From Oscillospiraceae bacterium (GTDB lineage Bacteria > Bacillota > Clostridia > Oscillospirales > UBA929): a stretch of DNA of 53,065 nt. Of the stretch, positions 1 through 10,286 are shown one piece after another. The position numbers and the translations under genes are program-made. Below the pieces are notes generated by a model. The model was not told the origin of the DNA and did no database searches. It saw only the letters and a program-made list of their open reading frames with translations. The stretch covers positions 1 to 53,065 of the forward strand of contig JAVBKA010000086.1 of the NCBI GenBank assembly GCA_031546715.1, in the 5' to 3' direction. Numbering within the stretch: position 1 is the stretch's first letter; every line of letters starts with the position of its first letter.

Positions 1-546
1 AATCAAATTCTTTTAACCTTGAATGTTTTCTTTTAGGTAAGCATGTCAATACTATCACCACAATATCTTGTATTAATAAAATTTCTTGTTAATCGCTCCT
101 TGAAAATAAAATAACTAATGACAGGATGCACATTATATAAATAACAAAAAGCTCATACCATCTCTTGCACCTAGAATAATAAAAGTATCTATTAAATAAT
201 ACTAACACAATCTTATGGACAAAACAACATAATTTTCCTCATTATATCTCTTTTGGCTCACCTTGGACAAGCGAACAACCCCTCAACTCTACCGCTAACC
301 CCTAATACCTCACTAACTACCCCTATAACACCCCTCACCTACCCCCCCCAAGTGGGGGTCAGGTGAGAATTAGGTGAGAATATTCCGCAACCTTCTGCAA
401 CACAGAGCAACATATAGCAACGGGATTTCTCGCTACGGACATTAATTGCATTATTATAAGTCATATATTTTTACCTCAAACCATCCCATTTACAAGCACT
501 AAAACGCCTTGTAACCCTTACGATTCAACAATATTTCAAAAACCTC

Positions 547-575
547 TTTACAAATTGCTTGTACTATGGTATACT
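547..575 (+). promoter_or_regulatory. putative sigma-A type promoter for tRNA-Gly
   Basis: TTTACA (547-552), 17-nt spacer, TATACT (570-575). It ends about 17 nt before the tRNA 5' end. Confidence 0.5.
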
Positions 576-591
576 CTCCAAAGTGAAGTTT

Positions 592-665
<74 letters not shown>

Positions 666-666
666 A

Positions 667-714
667 AATACTAAAGCTGCCAAATGGTCATTTGGCAGCT
701 TTAGTATTTTTTTT
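667..714 (+). terminator. rho-independent terminator after tRNA-Gly
   Basis: Perfect 18-bp stem AATACTAAAGCTGCCAAA / TTTGGCAGCTTTAGTATT with a 6-nt loop, followed by a T-run. Confidence 0.8.
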
Positions 715-825
715 GTGCTATACTTTTTTATTTTTGGCACTGCCATATTATCATATAGGTGCATAAAAACACTCCCCACCTACCTAAAACGTTATCCTTT
801 TGCACCATCTTTGTCAGAAAAACCC

Positions 826-854
826 TTTACATACGTATATCAGTATAGTATAAT
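826..854 (+). promoter_or_regulatory. putative promoter of the V-type ATPase operon
   Basis: TTTACA (826-831), 17-nt spacer, TATAAT (849-854), about 100 nt upstream of the first ATPase ORF. Confidence 0.5.
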
Positions 855-950
855 ACTACAGATTGCATAAAACTAAGCTGTGTTACAGATATATATAGAT
901 GCAGATAGTCTAAAATGCAAAACCATTGTAACGTGATAGAAGGTGAAACA

Positions 951-1265
951 ATGTCACTGGAATCCTTAAAAAAGGTAGAAATTGCAGAAGCGAAGGCTAA
1001 AGAAGCTATCGAACGAGCGCATCAGGAAGCCCTGAACATTCTTGCGGGGGCGGAATCTGAGGCACACAAAATCCTTGATACCGCCGCAAAGACTGCCGAA
1101 GTACAGGCGAAGGCTCTGCTGTCAAAGGCGGAAGAGGATGGAGCAGGCAAAATCGAGGGTATCATCAAAAAGTCCAACGAGGACTGCACCGCACTTACTC
1201 GTGCCGCTGAGGAACGGCTGGCAAAAGCGGCAGCATTCATAGTCAAAAAGGTGGTTGAAGCGTAG
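951..1265 (+). CDS. V/A-type ATPase small peripheral-stalk subunit (G/H-like coiled coil)
   Basis: Small Ala/Glu/Lys-rich helical ORF at the first position of the operon. GAAGGTGA lies 4 nt before the ATG at 951, and the ORF-track start at 915 lacks an SD. Same position as subunit G in G-I-K-E-C-F-A-B-D operons. Confidence 0.6.
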   Translation: MSLESLKKVEIAEAKAKEAIERAHQEALNILAGAESEAHKILDTAAKTAEVQAKALLSKAEEDGAGKIEGIIKKSNEDCTALTRAAEERLAKAAAFIVKKVVEA

Positions 1266-3203
1266 ATGGCGATAGTTAAAATGAAACGCTTTTCCCTGCT
1301 TGGCTTTGAGCAGGACCGTGATGCAATTATGCGTTCTCTCCAACAAGGCGGCTGGGTTCAGATTGACGAAATTGAGCTTGGCGAAGATGCTTCACCGGAT
1401 ATTCAGCGAACTACCTCGGTAAGCGGCGAGGTGAAACAAAAGGCGGTTTCAGTTCAGTCGGCTATTGAAACGCTGTACAAAAGCGGAGCAAAAAAACGCA
1501 GCTTTTTCAAGGCGAGAGATTTAGTTAAGCAGACGGATTTCAGCGATGAAAGCTCGATTGAACAAGCAGTTTCCGTCGGTGATGAAATCAACGAGCTGTC
1601 TAAGCGCATAAAAACCCTTCATGAAGAGCGGCTTAAGGCACTTTCCTCTATTGACGCGTTAATGCCTTGGAAGCTCCTTGATATTCCGCTCAACATTCGG
1701 CCCACTGCGCACTTAGCCTTTGTTTTCGGGCATTGTCCGATTACTCTTGAACCCTCTGAGCTGACTAACGGTTTAGCCGCCCATATCCCCATGTCCAAGG
1801 TTTACTGGGCAGGAGAGGACAAGGAATCTAAGTACTTACTGTGCGTATGCCATCCCGAGGTTGAAGCCGAGATGCTTACTTACTTAAAGACCCTGAACTT
1901 CTCACGCCTAACCTTTAAGGACGTTCAAGGCACTGCCACACAGCAGGTGCTTGCGCTGAATACTCTGGCGGTAAATTTAGAGCAAAAAATCGAAGATATC
2001 AAAGCGTTGCTTTCAACTAAATGTGACAAAAAAGCGGTTTTGGAGCTGTCTTATGACAGACTTACCTCTGTTTTAGAGCGGGAAACCGCAAAAGAACGTT
2101 TGTTGGAAACTGAAAGAACCTTTTATCTCACCGGCTGGACGCCTGCGGCTAAGGTCGCTGCTGTCAGCAAGATGCTGGCGACTTATGACTGCGCTGTCAG
2201 CTACGATGAACCCTCCGCGGAGGATGCTGTGCCTGTACAGTTAAAAAGCAACAAATTCTTTGAATCCTTTAACTTCGTTACCGAGCTTTACAGTTTGCCC
2301 AAGTACGGCACAATTGACCCTAACCCTTTAATTAGTATATTTTTCTCGATTTTCTTCGGAATGATGTTTGCTGACGTGGGATATGGTGCGGTTCTGCTGA
2401 TAATCGGCACATTAATGCTGGCAAAAACCCGACCACGCGGAGGCATAAAGCTGATGATGCGGCTGATGATTATCTGCGGTATAACGGCAATCGGCTTTGG
2501 CGTAGTATTCGGCAGCTTTTTCGGAAATATTATAACAGCTTTTTCCGGAACTTTTCTTTCAAGAGAAGTCATTTGGACACCGATTGTTGACGTTGTCAAC
2601 GACCCCATTACCCTGATGGTCATAGCTCTTGCTATGGGCGGAGTGCAAATCGTTGTGGGTATGGCTGTTAAGGGTTATCTTATGATTCGTGACGGCAGAC
2701 CTTGGGATGCACTTATGGATGTAGGCTCGTGGTGGCTTTTGTTTGCAGGTATTGCCGTGATGGTTATTTACGGTACGCCATGGGTTGCTGTGGCAGGTGC
2801 TGTTGCGCTTGTCTGCACTCAGGGACGGAGCAAAAAAGGCTTTGCGGGTAAGCTGATGGGCGGACTTGGAAGTCTTTACGATATCACTGCCTACGGCTCG
2901 GACATTCTCTCATATCTCCGCTTAATGGCTCTGGCTCTCGCAACTGCCATTATCGCTAATGTCTTTAACCTTTTAGCTACACTACCCGGCAAAAGCGTAA
3001 TCGGTTTTATTTTCTTCGTTGCTATATTCTTGTTCGCCCACACATTTAATATGGGCATCAATATTATAGGTACCTTTGTCCACGCCGCCCGTCTGCAATT
3101 CCTTGAATTTTTCGGCAAATTTTATACTGACGGCGGAAAAGCATTTAAACCCATGGCATTAAAGACGAAATATGTCGATATTTTTGAGGAGGAAACAAAA
3201 TGA
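1266..3203 (+). CDS. ntpI: V-type ATPase subunit I (membrane a-type subunit)
   Basis: 645 aa with a soluble N-terminal half and a polytopic C-terminal half carrying the conserved SYLRLMALALA motif. Operon context supports the call. Confidence 0.9.
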   Translation: MAIVKMKRFSLLGFEQDRDAIMRSLQQGGWVQIDEIELGEDASPDIQRTTSVSGEVKQKAVSVQSAIETLYKSGAKKRSFFKARDLVKQTDFSDESSIEQAVSVGDEINELSKRIKTLHEERLKALSSIDALMPWKLLDIPLNIRPTAHLAFVFGHCPITLEPSELTNGLAAHIPMSKVYWAGEDKESKYLLCVCHPEVEAEMLTYLKTLNFSRLTFKDVQGTATQQVLALNTLAVNLEQKIEDIKALLSTKCDKKAVLELSYDRLTSVLERETAKERLLETERTFYLTGWTPAAKVAAVSKMLATYDCAVSYDEPSAEDAVPVQLKSNKFFESFNFVTELYSLPKYGTIDPNPLISIFFSIFFGMMFADVGYGAVLLIIGTLMLAKTRPRGGIKLMMRLMIICGITAIGFGVVFGSFFGNIITAFSGTFLSREVIWTPIVDVVNDPITLMVIALAMGGVQIVVGMAVKGYLMIRDGRPWDALMDVGSWWLLFAGIAVMVIYGTPWVAVAGAVALVCTQGRSKKGFAGKLMGGLGSLYDITAYGSDILSYLRLMALALATAIIANVFNLLATLPGKSVIGFIFFVAIFLFAHTFNMGINIIGTFVHAARLQFLEFFGKFYTDGGKAFKPMALKTKYVDIFEEETK

Positions 3204-3721
3204 TGGAAACTACATCACTAGTAACAGAAGCATTTAATATCTGGGATTTCCTTAACGGCAACACTCTTGCATACCTCGGCGTTATTCTCGCAGTAGTCCT
3301 TGCGGGTATCGGATCTGCAAAGGGTGTTGGTCTTGTGGGTGAAGCCGGAACAGGGCTGATTGTTGAAGACCCTAACAAATTCTCTAAAATAATGATTCTT
3401 CAAATTATCCCCGGTACACAAGGTCTATACGGCTTTGTTGTTGCACTTCTTGCTCTTATTAACCTTGGCGTTCTCGGCGGTACACCTGCAACTCTTACTC
3501 TTGCACAAGGCGGCGCATATCTGATGGCATGTCTGCCAGTCGGTATTGTGGGTCTTTTATCCGCTATTTCACAGGGACGTGTAGCCGCTGCTGCTGTAAA
3601 CATTGTTGCAAAGCGTGAAGAAGAAATGTTTAAGGGCATTATGCTTGCCGTTATGGTTGAGTTCTATGCGATTCTTGCTCTTCTTGTTTCAATCCTCATG
3701 ATTACCGGCATTAAGTTGTAA
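3200..3721 (+). CDS. ntpK: V-type ATPase proteolipid subunit K (c-ring)
   Basis: Very hydrophobic, Gly/Ala-rich four-helix protein with an acidic residue in the last helix (VMVEFYAIL). ATGA overlap with ntpI. Confidence 0.85.
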   Translation: MMETTSLVTEAFNIWDFLNGNTLAYLGVILAVVLAGIGSAKGVGLVGEAGTGLIVEDPNKFSKIMILQIIPGTQGLYGFVVALLALINLGVLGGTPATLTLAQGGAYLMACLPVGIVGLLSAISQGRVAAAAVNIVAKREEEMFKGIMLAVMVEFYAILALLVSILMITGIKL

Positions 3722-3724
3722 GCC

Positions 3725-4330
3725 ATGGACGGACTTGATAAAATCATCGAACGCATCGCTTCGGACACAGGCAAGGAAGTCGGTGCAATAATTGACGCCG
3801 CTAAGGTCAAGGCTGACGCTCTTTTGGCCTCCGCCAAGGAAGAAGCCGCTCAATTTACATCCCAAGCAAGGCTTGACAGTCAAAAGGCTGCCGAGCTTCA
3901 ATTACAGCGCATTGTGGGAACTGCCGAGCTGACAGCCCGCAAAAATTCCCTATCTGCAAAACAGACATGTATTGACAAGGCCTTTGAAAGTGCCGCTAAA
4001 TTACTTAGAGAGAAATCCGAAAGCGACACTGTTTCACTTCTTGCAGGTCTTGCCGCTTCCGCCGCGCGTAAGGGTACAGAAGAAATAGTGATGTCCTCCG
4101 CAGACCATTCCCGTTTTGGCAAAAAAGTTGCCGAAGCCGCTAACGAGAAGCTTTCCAAGAACGGCAAAACCGCCGCTCTCCGTCTTTCAGCGTCACCCCG
4201 TGACCTAGAAGGCGGCGGAGGTTTAATTCTTAATGATGGCGACATTGAAATTAACTGCTCCTATGGTGCGTTGATTGAAAATAGCCGAAATGAGCTTTCC
4301 AGTGAGGTCGCAAAAATACTGTTTGCCTAA
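3725..4330 (+). CDS. ntpE: V-type ATPase subunit E
   Basis: 201 aa with a long Ala/Lys/Glu-rich N-terminal helix and a globular C-terminus. Operon position supports the call. Confidence 0.8.
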   Translation: MDGLDKIIERIASDTGKEVGAIIDAAKVKADALLASAKEEAAQFTSQARLDSQKAAELQLQRIVGTAELTARKNSLSAKQTCIDKAFESAAKLLREKSESDTVSLLAGLAASAARKGTEEIVMSSADHSRFGKKVAEAANEKLSKNGKTAALRLSASPRDLEGGGGLILNDGDIEINCSYGALIENSRNELSSEVAKILFA

Positions 4331-4417
4331 AGCCTTTAGTGGCGCAATCGTTAAGGGCTGTGAGTACACATACCTGTCATCTCGCCCGTTTTGTCATAGT
4401 AAAGTCTATGCTAACGG

Positions 4418-5437
4418 ATGAAGGAGTTGAATTTATTGCCAAAAAAAATTAAGGATACTGAATACGCCGCTTCGACTATGCGCATTCGTGCACTGGAACG
4501 AGGCTTGCTTAATGCTGAACGTTTAGAGCGTATGCTCGACGCTAAGACAGCAGAGGACGCCGCCAAAGTCGCCTCAGAATGCGGTTACGGCGAGCTTATA
4601 CCTCTTACGGCCGCAACCCTTGAAAAGGCTCTCGCCTCTGAGCGTGCCAAGTTGTACGACCTACTGACGTCCATTGCCCCTGACAAAACGGTGCTGGATG
4701 TATTCCGTATTCGATATGATTACCATAATGCCAAGGTTCTTGCCAAGGCTGAGGCTCTGAACATTGATGCCGCCAGACTGCTACTGCCGTCAGGACGTTA
4801 TTCAGCAGAGCTTTTAACCGAATGCTTTACAACCAGAAGTTATAAACCTCTTTCTGCCGCCTTCGGCGCAGCAATTGAGGAGGCGCGCTCCGTTCTGGGA
4901 CGGACAACTGACCCTCAAAAATGCGACATGATTCTTGACCGTGCCGCCTTTGAAGAAATGGCGGCAACGGCTGACGCAGCAGGTAGCGCATTTGTTAAAA
5001 AATACGTTTCTCTGCTAGTTTCCTCTGCAAATCTTCGCACTGTCGTCCGTGCTGTTAAGCTAGGGCGTGACGAGGTGTTTCTCGGTACTGCGCTTTTCCG
5101 TGGCGGTGCAGTAAACACCCAAGACCTAGCCGCCTGCACAACAGCCTTTGACAACATTCCCGCACTGTTTCCTGACGAACTGAAAGCCGCCGCACTCCTT
5201 GGCGTGTCAGCGTTAAAGGGTGAAGCCGCTCTTACTGCCTTTGAGAAGAAATGTGACGACTCTATGGTGGAATACCTGCGGTCGGCGCAAAGAGTTCCCT
5301 TTGGGGAACAGCCCTTGGTGGCTTATCTTGCCGCTCGTGAGGCTGAAATGGTGGCAATCCGTACAATTCTCACCGGACGTTTAGCAGGTGTTCCTGTGAC
5401 CTCCCTAAGAGAAAGGCTGCGTGAAAGCTATGTATAA
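4418..5437 (+). CDS. ntpC: V-type ATPase subunit C (d-type)
   Basis: 339 aa helical protein in the expected position. The start is uncertain, because an internal AAGGAG could instead serve a TTG a few codons downstream. Confidence 0.8.
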   Translation: MKELNLLPKKIKDTEYAASTMRIRALERGLLNAERLERMLDAKTAEDAAKVASECGYGELIPLTAATLEKALASERAKLYDLLTSIAPDKTVLDVFRIRYDYHNAKVLAKAEALNIDAARLLLPSGRYSAELLTECFTTRSYKPLSAAFGAAIEEARSVLGRTTDPQKCDMILDRAAFEEMAATADAAGSAFVKKYVSLLVSSANLRTVVRAVKLGRDEVFLGTALFRGGAVNTQDLAACTTAFDNIPALFPDELKAAALLGVSALKGEAALTAFEKKCDDSMVEYLRSAQRVPFGEQPLVAYLAAREAEMVAIRTILTGRLAGVPVTSLRERLRESYV

Positions 5438-5744
5438 GATTTCTGTTTTAGGCGACCGTGACAGTGTTTCAGGCTTCTGCGCCCTTGGGCTTGACGTTCA
5501 CTTTTCGGACACAGCCGCCGAAGCGCGTCCTATCCTTAAAGCTCTCGCTCAAGGCGACACCGCCATCCTTTACATCACAGAACAGCTTGCTGCGGAGCTT
5601 CGCCCTGAAATTAACGCATATAAGGAAAAGCTCACCCCCGCCATAATCCCCATTCCTGGGAAATCGGGCTCATTGGGCATCGGCATGGATCAACTGAAAA
5701 GTGCCGTCGAGCGTGCTGTCGGTGCAAACGTTTTAGATACCTAA
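5421..5744 (+). CDS. V-type ATPase subunit F
   Basis: About 105 aa ORF (ISVLGDRDSVSGF..., ILYITEQLA) typical of V-ATPase F. It overlaps the end of subunit C. The start is GTG 5421 or ATG 5430. Confidence 0.8.
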   Translation: MKAMYKISVLGDRDSVSGFCALGLDVHFSDTAAEARPILKALAQGDTAILYITEQLAAELRPEINAYKEKLTPAIIPIPGKSGSLGIGMDQLKSAVERAVGANVLDT

Positions 5745-5894
5745 GCAACCACTGCTTAACGGTCATTATCATGCTCCCTTAACCCTGTCGCTTCGGCACC
5801 CAGCAATGCCTTGGAAGGCATAGCTGAGCACCTGCGCTTTTCGTGAAAATATGCAAGCATATTTTCACTGCCGGGTTAATCCGCACTTACCAAG
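5741..5894 (+). repeat. copy 1 of a ~145-nt structured intergenic repeat element
   Basis: Near-identical 5' and 3' parts shared with 23038-23195, and a variable central hairpin. It starts at the ntpF stop codon (CTAAG) and ends at CCAAG. Confidence 0.8.
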
Positions 5895-5914
5895 CTGCAA
5901 GCATTGCAGCTTTT
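5892..5914 (+). terminator. weak terminator-like hairpin between ntpF and ntpA
   Basis: AAGCTGCA-agcat-TGCAGCTT followed by TTTTCC. It lies inside the operon, so at most it is an attenuator. Confidence 0.3.
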
Positions 5915-5956
5915 CCATATTACCATTGATGACCCCCTTTAGAAAGGATTGATTAC

Positions 5957-7720
5957 ATGGGCAAAATTGTAAAGATATCTGGACCGCTGGTAGTTGCGGA
6001 AGGTCTTTCTGAGGCTAACATGTTTGACGTTGTACGAGTCGGCTCGCAACGTCTTATTGGCGAAATAATCGAAATGCGCGGAGACAGAGCTTCTATTCAG
6101 GTCTACGAAGAAACCGCAGGACTTGGACGGGGAGACGAAGTTGAATCCACAGGTGCACCACTGTCCGTTGAGTTAGGACCTGGCTTAATGGAAACCATTT
6201 ATGACGGCATACAGCGTCCTCTTGAGAAAATCCGCGAACTTACTGGTGACGTTATCACCCGTGGTATAGAAGTTTCACCTATCCCTAAGGATAAAAAGTG
6301 GGACTTTAAGGCTACGGCCAAGGTTGGCGACATGGTGGTGGGCGGCGACATATTAGGCACTGTTCAAGAAACCACCGTAGTTGAGCATAGAGTTCTTGTA
6401 CCTCGTGGTACACAGGGCAAAATTAAGAGCATTAAATCCGGAAGCTTTAACGTTACGGAAACTATTTGCGTAGTTACCACCGACAAGGGCGATGTAAACC
6501 TGCCTATGATGCAACGTTGGCCTGTCCGTGTAGGTCGTCCGTTTAAAGAAAAAATGGTTCCTAATGTTCCTATGATTACAGGACAGAGAATTATTGACAC
6601 TTTGTTCCCATTAGCAAAGGGCGGTACTGCGGCTGTTCCCGGACCTTTCGGCTCTGGTAAAACCGTTGTTCAGCATCAGCTTGCCAAATGGAGCGACGTT
6701 GACATTGTTATTTACATTGGCTGCGGTGAGCGCGGCAACGAAATGACAGACGTTTTGCGTGAATTCCCTGAAATCAAGGACCCAAGAACAGGCGAAAGCC
6801 TTATGAAGCGTACTGTTTTGATTGCAAACACCTCCGACATGCCTGTTGCCGCCCGCGAAGCGTCAATTTACACAGGTATTACAATCGCTGAGTATTATCG
6901 TGACATGGGCTATGACGTTGCCGTTATTGCGGACTCAACCTCACGCTGGGCGGAAGCTTTGCGCGAAATGTCAGGACGTTTAGAGGAGATGCCCGGTGAA
7001 GAAGGCTATCCTGCATACCTCGCCTCCCGTCTTGCTCAGTTCTATGAGCGCGCAGGACGTGTGTACACCCTCGGTTCAGGTGAACGCAAAGGCTCAATCA
7101 GCGCAATCGGCGCAGTTTCACCGCCGGGCGGCGACTTATCCGAGCCTGTCAGTCAGGCGACTATGCGTATTGTTAAGGTTTTCTGGGCTCTTGACAGTGC
7201 CTTGGCGTACCGCCGTCACTTCCCTGCCATAAACTGGCTAAATTCTTACAGCTTGTACGAGGATCGCCTTGCAGGCTGGTATAATGAAAACATTGACAAA
7301 ACCTATACAGCCCAGCGTGTTTGGGCAATGACTATATTGCAGTCTGAGGCAAGTTTAGACGAAATCGTTCGCCTTGTCGGTATGGACTCACTTTCCGCAG
7401 AGGACAGACTGACCATGGAAGTCGCACGTATGATTCGTGAGGACTTTTTACAGCAGGACGCCTTCTCTGATATTGACGCATTCAGCCCTTCGGAACGCCA
7501 ATTCGCGCTGATGAAAATTCTACGCCAGTTCCACATTCTAGCGCAGGACGCAATCAGCAAAAATGTTCCTATACAAAAAATCGTTGATATGCCTGTCCGT
7601 GAGAAAATCGGTCGCACTAAGCACACAGAAACAAGCGGCTACAAGGCATTATTTACAGAAATTGAAGCTGAAATGAAGGCTCAAATGGATGCTGCTGAAA
7701 GAGAGGCGAATGCGAAATGA
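5957..7720 (+). CDS. ntpA: V-type ATPase catalytic subunit A
   Basis: 587 aa with Walker [10 protein letters not shown] and the sequence around [26 protein letters not shown], both typical of A subunits. Confidence 0.95.
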   Translation: MGKIVKISGPLVVAEGLSEANMFDVVRVGSQRLIGEIIEMRGDRASIQVYEETAGLGRGDEVESTGAPLSVELGPGLMETIYDGIQRPLEKIRELTGDVITRGIEVSPIPKDKKWDFKATAKVGDMVVGGDILGTVQETTVVEHRVLVPRGTQGKIKSIKSGSFNVTETICVVTTDKGDVNLPMMQRWPVRVGRPFKEKMVPNVPMITGQRIIDTLFPLAKGGTAAVPGPFGSGKTVVQHQLAKWSDVDIVIYIGCGERGNEMTDVLREFPEIKDPRTGESLMKRTVLIANTSDMPVAAREASIYTGITIAEYYRDMGYDVAVIADSTSRWAEALREMSGRLEEMPGEEGYPAYLASRLAQFYERAGRVYTLGSGERKGSISAIGAVSPPGGDLSEPVSQATMRIVKVFWALDSALAYRRHFPAINWLNSYSLYEDRLAGWYNENIDKTYTAQRVWAMTILQSEASLDEIVRLVGMDSLSAEDRLTMEVARMIREDFLQQDAFSDIDAFSPSERQFALMKILRQFHILAQDAISKNVPIQKIVDMPVREKIGRTKHTETSGYKALFTEIEAEMKAQMDAAEREANAK

Positions 7721-9093
7721 TTAGAGAATACCGTACCATTCAAGAAGTCGCTGGTCCTCTGATGCTTGTTAAGCGCGTTGAAGGCGTTACATACAACGAG
7801 CTAGGCGAAATTGAGCTGCCCAACGGCGAAAAACGCCGCTGTAAGGTACTCGAAATCAACGGCTCTGACGCTCTTGTTCAGCTTTTTGAGTCCTCTGCTG
7901 GAATTAACCTTAAAGACAGCAAGGTTCGCTTTTTAGGACGCAGTCTTGAGCTTGCCGTGTCCCCCGATATGCTTGGTCGTGTTTTTGACGGTCTTGGCAA
8001 TCCCGCCGACGACGGCCCCGCAATATTAGCAGACAAACGCTTGGATATTAACGGACTGCCTATGAATCCTGCCGCTCGTGACTATCCTAACGAATTTATT
8101 CAAACAGGCGTTTCTTCCATTGACGGACTAAACACCCTCGTCCGTGGACAGAAGCTGCCTATTTTCTCTGGGTCAGGTCTGCCCCATGCTCAATTAGCTG
8201 CTCAAATTGCCCGTCAAGCTCAGGTTCGCTCTGCGGACTCACAGTTTGCGGTGGTATTTGCGGCAATCGGTATTACTTATGAGGAATCCGAGTTCTTTAT
8301 CTCGGATTTTAAGAAAACAGGAGCTATTGACAGAACTGTTCTGTTTATTAACCTCGCCTCCGACCCTGCTATCGAGCGTATTGCAACACCTCGTATGGCT
8401 CTGACTGCCGCTGAGTATCTTGCGTTTGAGCAAAATATGCACGTGCTTGTTATTTTAACCGACCTTACTAACTATGCCGAAGCTCTTCGTGAAGTTTCCG
8501 CCGCTCGTAAGGAAGTCCCCGGACGGCGTGGATACCCCGGATATCTGTACACCGACCTTGCAACCATGTATGAGCGCGCAGGGCGACGTATCGGTAGAGA
8601 AGGCTCTATTACCATGATTCCTATTCTCTCCATGCCTGAGGACGATAAAACTCACCCAATCCCTGACCTTACAGGTTATATTACCGAAGGTCAGATTATC
8701 CTCTCCCGTGAACTGCACCGCAAAAACATTCAGCCCCCTGTTGATGTTTTGCCGTCGCTGTCACGTCTTAAGGACAAGGGTATCGGCAAGGGCAAAACCC
8801 GTGAAGACCATGCAAATACAATGAATCAGCTATTTGCATCCTACGCAAGAGGCAAGGAATGCAAGGAGCTTATGACAATCCTAGGCGAAGCCGCTCTTAC
8901 TCAAACTGATAAGATGTATGCAAAATTTGCAGACGAGTTTGAAACTAAGTACATCAGTCAAGGCTACGAAGAAAACCGTACAATTGAACAAACTCTTGAT
9001 TTAGGCTGGAAGTTGCTGACAATTCTACCAAAGTCCGAGTTAAAGCGCATTAAACCGGAGCTTATTGAAAAATATTATCCGGAAAGTAAGTAG
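7717..9093 (+). CDS. ntpB: V-type ATPase subunit B
   Basis: 458 aa with the typical B-subunit sequence ([30 protein letters not shown]). ATGA overlap with ntpA. Confidence 0.95.
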   Translation: MIREYRTIQEVAGPLMLVKRVEGVTYNELGEIELPNGEKRRCKVLEINGSDALVQLFESSAGINLKDSKVRFLGRSLELAVSPDMLGRVFDGLGNPADDGPAILADKRLDINGLPMNPAARDYPNEFIQTGVSSIDGLNTLVRGQKLPIFSGSGLPHAQLAAQIARQAQVRSADSQFAVVFAAIGITYEESEFFISDFKKTGAIDRTVLFINLASDPAIERIATPRMALTAAEYLAFEQNMHVLVILTDLTNYAEALREVSAARKEVPGRRGYPGYLYTDLATMYERAGRRIGREGSITMIPILSMPEDDKTHPIPDLTGYITEGQIILSRELHRKNIQPPVDVLPSLSRLKDKGIGKGKTREDHANTMNQLFASYARGKECKELMTILGEAALTQTDKMYAKFADEFETKYISQGYEENRTIEQTLDLGWKLLTILPKSELKRIKPELIEKYYPESK

Positions 9094-9101
9094 GTAAGAC
9101 T

Positions 9102-9776
9102 ATGCCTAGGTTGAACGTAAACCCGACCCGCATGGAGCTGACACGCCTTAAAGTTAGGCTGAAAACAGCTCGCAGGGGGCATAAACTTTTAAAAGACAAG
9201 CGCGACGAGCTTATGAAGCAATTTCTGGAATTTATGCGTCAAAATCGTGACCTCAGAAAGAAAACTGAGGCTGCTTTGCAACGCTCACACAACAGCTTCA
9301 TAGTAGCCGCCGCACTTATGAGTCCTGAATTTCTTGAGCAGTCCTTGCTTTATCCGAAGCTGACTGCGTCACTGTCCATGACGACTAAGAATATAATGAG
9401 CGTCAACGTTCCACAGTACTCCTTTGAAACCTCCAACAGCGACAAAAGCGACATCTACCCCTACGGCTTTGCATCCACCTCCGGCGAACTAGACGACGCC
9501 TTGACCGAGCTTTCCGGCGTTTTTGAAGACATGCTGAAGCTTGCTCAAATGGAAAAAGCCGTACAACTCCTAGCCGAAGAAATCGAGAAAACCCGCCGCA
9601 GGGTAAATGCTCTTGAGCATGTCACAATCCCTCAGTTAATAGAGACGATTCGTTATATTACCATGAAGCTAGACGAAAACGAGCGCGGTAATTTGACAAG
9701 GCTGATGAAGGTCAAGGATATGATGATTAAGGCGCAGGTTGAGGCGGCGGAGGCTGCACGGGCTGAGCAGGTTTGA
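9102..9776 (+). CDS. ntpD: V-type ATPase subunit D (central stalk)
   Basis: 224 aa starting with the characteristic N-terminus LNVNPTRMELTRLKVRLKTARRGHKLLKDKRDEL. Confidence 0.9.
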   Translation: MPRLNVNPTRMELTRLKVRLKTARRGHKLLKDKRDELMKQFLEFMRQNRDLRKKTEAALQRSHNSFIVAAALMSPEFLEQSLLYPKLTASLSMTTKNIMSVNVPQYSFETSNSDKSDIYPYGFASTSGELDDALTELSGVFEDMLKLAQMEKAVQLLAEEIEKTRRRVNALEHVTIPQLIETIRYITMKLDENERGNLTRLMKVKDMMIKAQVEAAEAARAEQV

Positions 9777-9855
9777 GGCATGGCTCTTTTGCTATTAGTG
9801 TTGTTTGCGATTCAAGTTCTTTATGTTGAACGTCGCTTTAGAAAGAGGTTATGAC

Positions 9856-10167
9856 ATGACAGAAATAGAGCTCCAGTTTCACAACGAAATGTTAGAGATT
9901 TATTTTAAGATAAAACGAGAAGTAAATTATTTTGCCAGAAGGTTTTTAGCCATGGTTAAAAGACGAGGTGGGTTGGACGCTGCAAAATGCCTAATATTAA
10001 AAAAGACGCCTTCACAAGGATTAAAAACTATTGGAAATGCAAATAAACCTGAGCTTACCGTGGAATATCTGGTGTTAAAGCCAGAGTATCATGGATTATT
10101 TACTGAACAGGAACGCCAACTGTGCCGTGAGAAACTCGCTGGACTTGCAAGTTTAGAAGAAAAATAA
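9856..10167 (+). CDS. conserved hypothetical small protein
   Basis: GAAAGAGG lies 7 nt before the ATG at 9856, and the track start at 9805 looks spurious. I could not assign a domain. Confidence 0.55.
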   Translation: MTEIELQFHNEMLEIYFKIKREVNYFARRFLAMVKRRGGLDAAKCLILKKTPSQGLKTIGNANKPELTVEYLVLKPEYHGLFTEQERQLCREKLAGLASLEEK

Positions 10168-10179
10168 CGGTTTTAATTA

Positions 10180-10222
10180 AAGAAGGGTTGTGTTATTTTT
10201 TGATACAACCCTTCTAATTTTT
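10180..10222 (+). terminator. rho-independent terminator
   Basis: Stem AGAAGGGTTGT / ACAACCCTTCT followed by AATTTTT. Confidence 0.7.
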
Positions 10223-10286
10223 AATAAATAGAGCACTGTTTACATTTTCAATGATATGGGTATAATGCTCTTCGGAGGATGATAAC

